DNA of 64,000 nucleotides from Naegleria gruberi (Eukaryota): NCBI GenBank assembly GCA_000004985.1, contig GG738920.1; one strand, 5' to 3'. Shown piece by piece: positions 58,701 to 64,000 of this stretch (position 1 is its first letter; each line of letters starts with the position of its first letter). The notes under the pieces were generated by a model. It saw only the letters and a program-made list of their open reading frames with translations, ran no database searches and was not told where the DNA came from. The position numbers and the translations under genes were made by a program.

Positions 58701-59198
58701 TCCATCAAATTTAATATTCAATTTCAACATTCCATCATGATTTCTCAAATAATAATTTCGTTTTCTCTCTTTGAAATCCTTTGAAGCACCTTTCTCATAC
58801 ATAAATCGACTATAATTATAAAAAGTAGGCTTTTCCGATACGAGTGGATCATCTTTCCAATATCCAAAGCTAATGACATCAATATTCAATAGTGGACTTT
58901 GCTTTGGAGTGAATACTTTAAAGGCTTGTTTTTTTCCTCCCCTAGAATTTCCACCTCTTCCTCTTCCCCTAGAATTGCCACCTCTTCCTACTGATTGAGC
59001 ATTAGAAGATGATGGTGGTGGTGATGATGATTGAGTATTAGAAGAAGAGGATGCAGAGGAATTGTTTGATTGTTGAGTTCCCGAATTTGTGTTTACATTA
59101 TTTGAGGAGGAGGAAACATTTGTGGAAACTCGATTGGTTTTACCTCCCCGAGGATTGTTTTGTTGGGAGTGATGAGGACGGTTCCGATTATTATTCAT
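55713..59198 (-). CDS. cellular RNA-dependent RNA polymerase (RDR/QDE-1 family), reading frame disrupted, hence a possible pseudogene or assembly indel
   Basis: Catalytic DLDGD in ITGSDLDGDQFFVYWDPDLIP. Conserved SSSQLR...WFF and IR..MGDF..I...AKVAARFGQC blocks. The conserved IRxxMGDF block is split between frames by 1 nt at about 57705. A second frame change lies at 58491..58620, possibly a 47-nt GTATAT...CAAAG intron. ATG at 59196-59198. Confidence 0.55.
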
Positions 59199-59375
59199 TT
59201 TTTTCTTTTTGATTTTTATTAAAATTTTGAATTGCAAATTGACCTAATTAAGTGATGGGAATTCTGAAAGGTCATGTCGTGTGTTCAATTCCTGTTGACC
59301 AGCACCAATTTTTTTAAGTAATTTCAATAATATTTACAACAAATTTTAATTTAAACTATTTCAATATGATTTTAA

Positions 59376-61126
59376 TCATTGTTGATTATGTAATTGAATG
59401 AATTGATCTTGAAGTCCATTAGCATTGTTAATCTTCTTCTTTCTACAATTCTGAACCAAAAAGTAAATGACAACCATCAAGAAGGCAGTAATGAAACATC
59501 CACCAAAGAATGAAGCAACCACTGAGGCAGCAAAAACTCCAACTCCTTCAAAAACAACGATCGTATCAGTTGACTTTCCATTATCAGCAGATGAAGAATT
59601 GTAAAACCATGGAATGGCCATCAAACTAATTCCATTACATTCACCTGTACAATGACCTAATGTACAATTCATGGTTGCACATGGACAATTGAGAACTTCT
59701 TGAGTGATATCAAGACAATCTGGATCAATAACACCACATCCACAATCACAACCATCAGATGCATTATAATATTGAGGAGAACATGTCCAATCTGGTGGAA
59801 CATATTTCTTATTTTCACAATGACCATTGACATTACAGAATTGATTGACAAGACAACCATAAGCAAATGAATCATAGGTTTGTTTGGTACAATCTGGATC
59901 TGGATAACCACATTCACAGTTACAGACACCATCTCCATAATAGGAAGCAAGACATTTCCACTCAGTTGGAACAGGTCCATATTTGCTCATTACTCTTTGA
60001 CATGATGCAGTTGTGGAATTACAAAAGAAGGCACCAGAAGATGGACAATTGAATAAAGAAGAACCTTGTTGTAAACAATCTGGATCGAAAACACCACATC
60101 CACAATCACAACCATCTATATTTTAAATGAATTACCATTTTAGTAAATTTGAAATATTACCAATTATGTAAAAATAGATAAGTAATTAATTATTATATAT
60201 AAAAAAAACATACCTGAAGTATTATAACTATTTGGATTACATTTCCATCCAATTGGTACATCTCTAACAGCTCCAATACTTCTCAATCTCATTTCTTGTT
60301 TGAAATTTTCCAATTCCCAATCATTTGGCATTGACAGAACATCATTATTAGTGTCGGCATTATAATTCTTTCCATCCTTTGGACATTTAACTTTCATCAA
60401 ATCAATAAATGTAATATTTGTGTTATATTCTGAAACAAATGAAGGACTCATATCTCTCCACCATTGAGAACCATTTCCCATAGCAATAACTCTGAAACAT
60501 TTGCCAGGTGGTACAATGACTTCTAATTCACCTTGAAATGGTAAACCTTCAACTCCTGTAATGTCTCTACCTCCAGATTTGGAAAATCTAAACATGTATC
60601 TATTACTGGCAAATCCAGATGCAACATGTGCTGATTTTGAAGTACTTAAAAATCCAGAATTTTGTAACAAGTCACCAATTTTAGGAATGTTATCCAAACC
60701 AGTTCCTCTAAAAGTTTCAAATTCATACTTGACTAATTTCTTTAAAGCAACATTTAAACCAGTTGAAAAATCATGAACCCAACCAGGTCTTGAATTATTT
60801 GGTGTAACTTTCAAATGACAGTTCAATAATGGATAAAGTCTTGGATATTCTGCCTTGTAAGCATAAATATTTCTATAATCTTCATAATTAATACCTGGAT
60901 TATAAGAAGTGGCAACATTTAATCCCAATTCTGTCATGTTTGACTTGGAATTTAATTTATCATTGAGTGGTGAATTGACCACATAATTGCAATATTCTTG
61001 TGCAAGAGATGCGGCTAATATTTGACTAGTGCTACCAAGAATGAGAAGCATTGACATGATGACAACACTGATCGATGCAACGAACATGTACTGTTGTTGA
61101 TCACGAGGTCCAGGACGGATAAACAT
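59376..61126 (-). CDS. membrane-anchored ecto-ADP-ribosyltransferase (arginine-specific R-S-E type) with Cys-rich repeat stalk. complement(join(59376..60115,60214..61126)).
   Basis: Exon 1: signal/anchor MFVASISVVIMSMLLILG, then ART motifs in canonical order and spacing: FETFRGTG (arom-R-G), GFLSTSKS (STS), FQGELEVIVPPG (Q/ExE + VIxPP). A 98-nt GTATGT...ATAG intron (phase 1) joins three DGCDCGCGV[FI]DPDC Cys repeats, a TM helix and a basic tail. Confidence 0.55.
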
Positions 61127-61602
61127 TTTCTGATGTGTTTGTGTGTGAAAATCAGCGACAACAACAACTGTCAGTAGTAGTGGATGATGTGAAATTGTTT
61201 TTTTTCGCGATTTTATTTGAAGGTACGAGATAGAGGTACCATCTCTCGATATTCGATATGTTCAGAAGGGTTGCATTGATGTGAGTAACCTCTTCTTTAC
61301 TGGAGGTCAAGTGCTGGTGGTGGAGTATGAAACAGTTTTGATTGGTGCAACCTTGTAAAATCAGTTGACCAATTTTTGAAGAGTTACAGCAAACGGAGTA
61401 ATTACCCAATGAAACATGTACAATTTACAAATTTACAGTATATTGTTTTTTTGAATTGGTAAATTATAACAGTTCACTATTCTCCAATTCTGGGTATGCA
61501 TATTTCATTCGCTCACTCTTGAGCATTTTCCTATCCAATGCATTGCCACATTCTGAATAACAGAAAATACCATACCTCTCACCGATTGTTAATTTGAGGC
61601 TG

Positions 61603-63198
61603 TCAGGGAAGGATGATGTTCTTGGATAGAGTGTATTGAAATGTTTGCCAATTGACCTCAAGTACATTTGTAATAAAATTGACAGTTATGAGAGGACGAT
61701 CAATTTTTAAAAGGAAATCACCATTGAATTTTACATATTCTAAGAGAAATTCCATATCATTACTCAATTCTGGTGGTAGAAAGATGATTAGTTTGGGAGA
61801 AATGAATTCAATCAATTTGAGAAGAATGTTCTTGTTTCGAATATATTCTGGTAAATCTTCATATTTAAAGTTTCTTCCATTCATATTCTTAATAACTGTT
61901 CCAATAATTTCAAAATCTGAAATGAATTCCAAAGGAATTGCAGAGAAGGGCATTTTCCCAATCTTACAAACTTGCAAAACAAAATCTCTATTCCATTCAA
62001 TGGTAACTTGTTTAAAATCCAAACCAGATTTGAGGGCCATCAGAACAAATTCATTTTCATTCTTGAAATGTGAAGGGATCATATGAAAAACAATACTTGA
62101 TAATTGGAGAGCTGTCTTGATAATTTCAATGTCATTCTTTAAATTTTCAGAAGCAAATTGATAGGCACTTGGTAGATTCTTAATTGCCTCTAAAACAATT
62201 TCCCTGTCATTTCTCATGTCAGAACTCAATACTCTCAAAGCAATTCCACAATTTTTAACAAGTTCCAATACTAAATGTCTTTCAGTTTTGAATCTTTCAG
62301 GTATGTCCTCCAAAATAATTGTTTTTTCACGTATCATTTCCATGACAAATTCATCATCCTCTCTCCAATTATATTCTGCAAATTGTAAGAGATGGTAATT
62401 TTGTTTTCCAATTTCCAAAAGAACTTGTCGATCATTTCCCCAATATTCTGGAAGTTTGTCCATTTGTTTCAATCCCTTTCCAACTCTACTTTTAATAGCT
62501 TTCAAAATGAAATCCTTGTCCCTCTTCAACTCATCAGAAATGAAATAAATTGCCGATGGATCATCCTTAATGGCAATTAAGGCCAATTCACAATCACCAT
62601 GCATGTGAGGTAATATTTCAAAATAATCACCATTCCTCGAAAGCATCTTTCTCACAATTCTTCTCTCCTCTGGTTCATAAATATCCAATTCTGTCCATGC
62701 CTCACACCATAACATGTAATCGTCACGTTTCGATCCATTCTGCTCGGCAATTCTCTGCAATTCTGAATCGAGTCTCAACTCTACACTAGCCCTCTCCAAA
62801 ATATACCCAAATCCAGGTTGTGAAATGGCCAACAGAATTGCCTCCCTATCACTCAACAAATCACTCATTGAAAGAATGTCAGCAGGTCTCTCCCTTATAA
62901 CTGCCAATTTAAATTTACGATTATCCCGAATCTCTTTTGAAAATCGACTCATATGGAAATAATTCTCACGAATGTGCAGTAGGGCAAATTCCAAGCAATC
63001 ATAATATTCAATCGGAATAAATCCAAGATTTTGATGCATGTTTCGTCGGAACTTTTTGATGGAATTTTGTCGAGTCGTTAATTTGTCAATGAAGGAGGAA
63101 ATTAATGCATTTAAATAGAAATTGTTGCTGTTATTATTGTATTGAAAATCGCAGAGGATGAGTTGAACAGGTTCGTGGCCCTCCTCCTCTTGTTCCAT
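61603..63198 (-). CDS. DUF4116 repeat-containing protein (paralog of 6788..8293). The C-terminus may extend through a short intron into ORF 61464..61667.
   Basis: 531-aa ORF with ATG at 63196-63198. Repeats such as DREIVLEAIKNLPSAYQFASENLKNDIEIIKTALQ. Confidence 0.45.
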   Translation of the reverse strand: MEQEEEGHEPVQLILCDFQYNNNSNNFYLNALISSFIDKLTTRQNSIKKFRRNMHQNLGFIPIEYYDCLEFALLHIRENYFHMSRFSKEIRDNRKFKLAVIRERPADILSMSDLLSDREAILLAISQPGFGYILERASVELRLDSELQRIAEQNGSKRDDYMLWCEAWTELDIYEPEERRIVRKMLSRNGDYFEILPHMHGDCELALIAIKDDPSAIYFISDELKRDKDFILKAIKSRVGKGLKQMDKLPEYWGNDRQVLLEIGKQNYHLLQFAEYNWREDDEFVMEMIREKTIILEDIPERFKTERHLVLELVKNCGIALRVLSSDMRNDREIVLEAIKNLPSAYQFASENLKNDIEIIKTALQLSSIVFHMIPSHFKNENEFVLMALKSGLDFKQVTIEWNRDFVLQVCKIGKMPFSAIPLEFISDFEIIGTVIKNMNGRNFKYEDLPEYIRNKNILLKLIEFISPKLIIFLPPELSNDMEFLLEYVKFNGDFLLKIDRPLITVNFITNVLEVNWQTFQYTLSKNIILP

Positions 63199-63270
63199 TT
63201 TTTTTTTGATTTTAAATAATTAAAAATATTTAAAGTTTACAATGAGTATTAAAGTCAATCAAGTCAATGA

Positions 63271-64000
63271 TCATTTTAAATATTTGGTTAACCAGTTGTC
63301 TGCATTGAGAGATAATTTCTCATACCATCTCATTTCATCTTTCAAATGTTGCATGAAAACTTGTTCTGGTTCATGTGAAATCAATGAACAATGAAATTCC
63401 AATTTTCCACTCTTTCCAGTTTTGAATTGACCTTCTATAAATGATACACTCCCATTTCTGAGTACAAATTCTTGTACATACTGGTCATAATCAGTATATT
63501 CCTTATTCCATAAAAGTCCATTCGGCTCTCGAGTTGTGTTAAAAGTTTCAACAGTTTCCTTAACACTTTCAAAGAATTTCTGTAACAAATTACCAGAAAT
63601 TACTCTTTCCTTTTTGAGATGAGTAAGAGTTTCATTTCCATTAATAATTTCACTTCTCGGTCCAATCAATGCATCCCTCAAATAAAAATCAACAGTTACC
63701 TGATGTCTCGAATCTTTGGGATCAATAAATTGCAATGCTAGTGGTACATTTCTAATAACATAAAAATCATGAGTCGAATAATAAAGTGGCTCTCTACTTC
63801 CCCTATGAGTATTATAACAGGTCAATAAATAGTGAATTAATAGAATTTCATCCAATGATCGAGCACTTGTTTCCAATGGCTTGACATTGAATGAGTTTTG
63901 AGGTTTGTTCTGATATTTCAACATGATTTTACCATTCAATTTGATTCCTTGTTGTGATTTTCCACTTTTTAAAATATCTTCCCACGTTCTAGCATCCAAA
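63271..64000 (-). CDS. hypothetical protein, 5' end beyond window
   Basis: ORF open to the window edge and ending TAA at about 63271. No motif recognised. Confidence 0.3.
   Translation of the reverse strand, partial: LDARTWEDILKSGKSQQGIKLNGKIMLKYQNKPQNSFNVKPLETSARSLDEILLIHYLLTCYNTHRGSREPLYYSTHDFYVIRNVPLALQFIDPKDSRHQVTVDFYLRDALIGPRSEIINGNETLTHLKKERVISGNLLQKFFESVKETVETFNTTREPNGLLWNKEYTDYDQYVQEFVLRNGSVSFIEGQFKTGKSGKLEFHCSLISHEPEQVFMQHLKDEMRWYEKLSLNADNWLTKYLK

Noticed and set aside
61152-61409. 85-aa minus-strand ORF between the ART gene and the DUF4116 gene
   Set aside because: It lies in the likely promoter/5' UTR of the ART gene and has no motif or Kozak context. It is probably spurious.

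Overview
This window is AT-rich (about 30% GC), intron-containing eukaryotic nuclear DNA. A GAL4-type Zn2Cys6 zinc-cluster transcription factor makes it almost certainly fungal. The gene content fits an early-diverging, AT-rich fungus such as a Glomeromycotina-like lineage. That content includes many F-box, BTB, LRR, ankyrin and DUF4116 repeat proteins, a TKL-like kinase and an RNAi-type RNA-dependent RNA polymerase (RdRP), with spliceosomal introns only 37-50 nt long. The lineage call is inference. About 34 protein-coding genes sit on both strands, most with zero to three very short GT-AG introns, plus one tRNA-Gly(UCC) and a retroelement RNase H remnant. The ORF track accepts non-ATG starts (TTG/CTG/GTG), so true starts were moved to the first A-rich-context ATG where needed. 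Several adjacent ORFs merge into single genes once 39-98 nt introns are recognised. The most striking result is in two ankyrin-repeat genes (complement 23489..26023 and complement 39772..41332). Each repeat core is an 87-nt phase-0 exon. The loop residues between cores are encoded by chains of single-codon 3-nt microexons (occasionally 6 or 9 nt). Every microexon is bounded by canonical AG...GTAAGT introns of 37-110 nt. All 29 inter-intron spacers across the two genes are multiples of three. Other notable items are a membrane-anchored arginine-specific (R-S-E type) ADP-ribosyltransferase with Cys-rich repeats, an RdRP disrupted by frameshift(s), and a roughly 1580-aa polytopic membrane protein with an internal F-box next to the tRNA. 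All coordinates come from manual reading and may be off by a few nucleotides.
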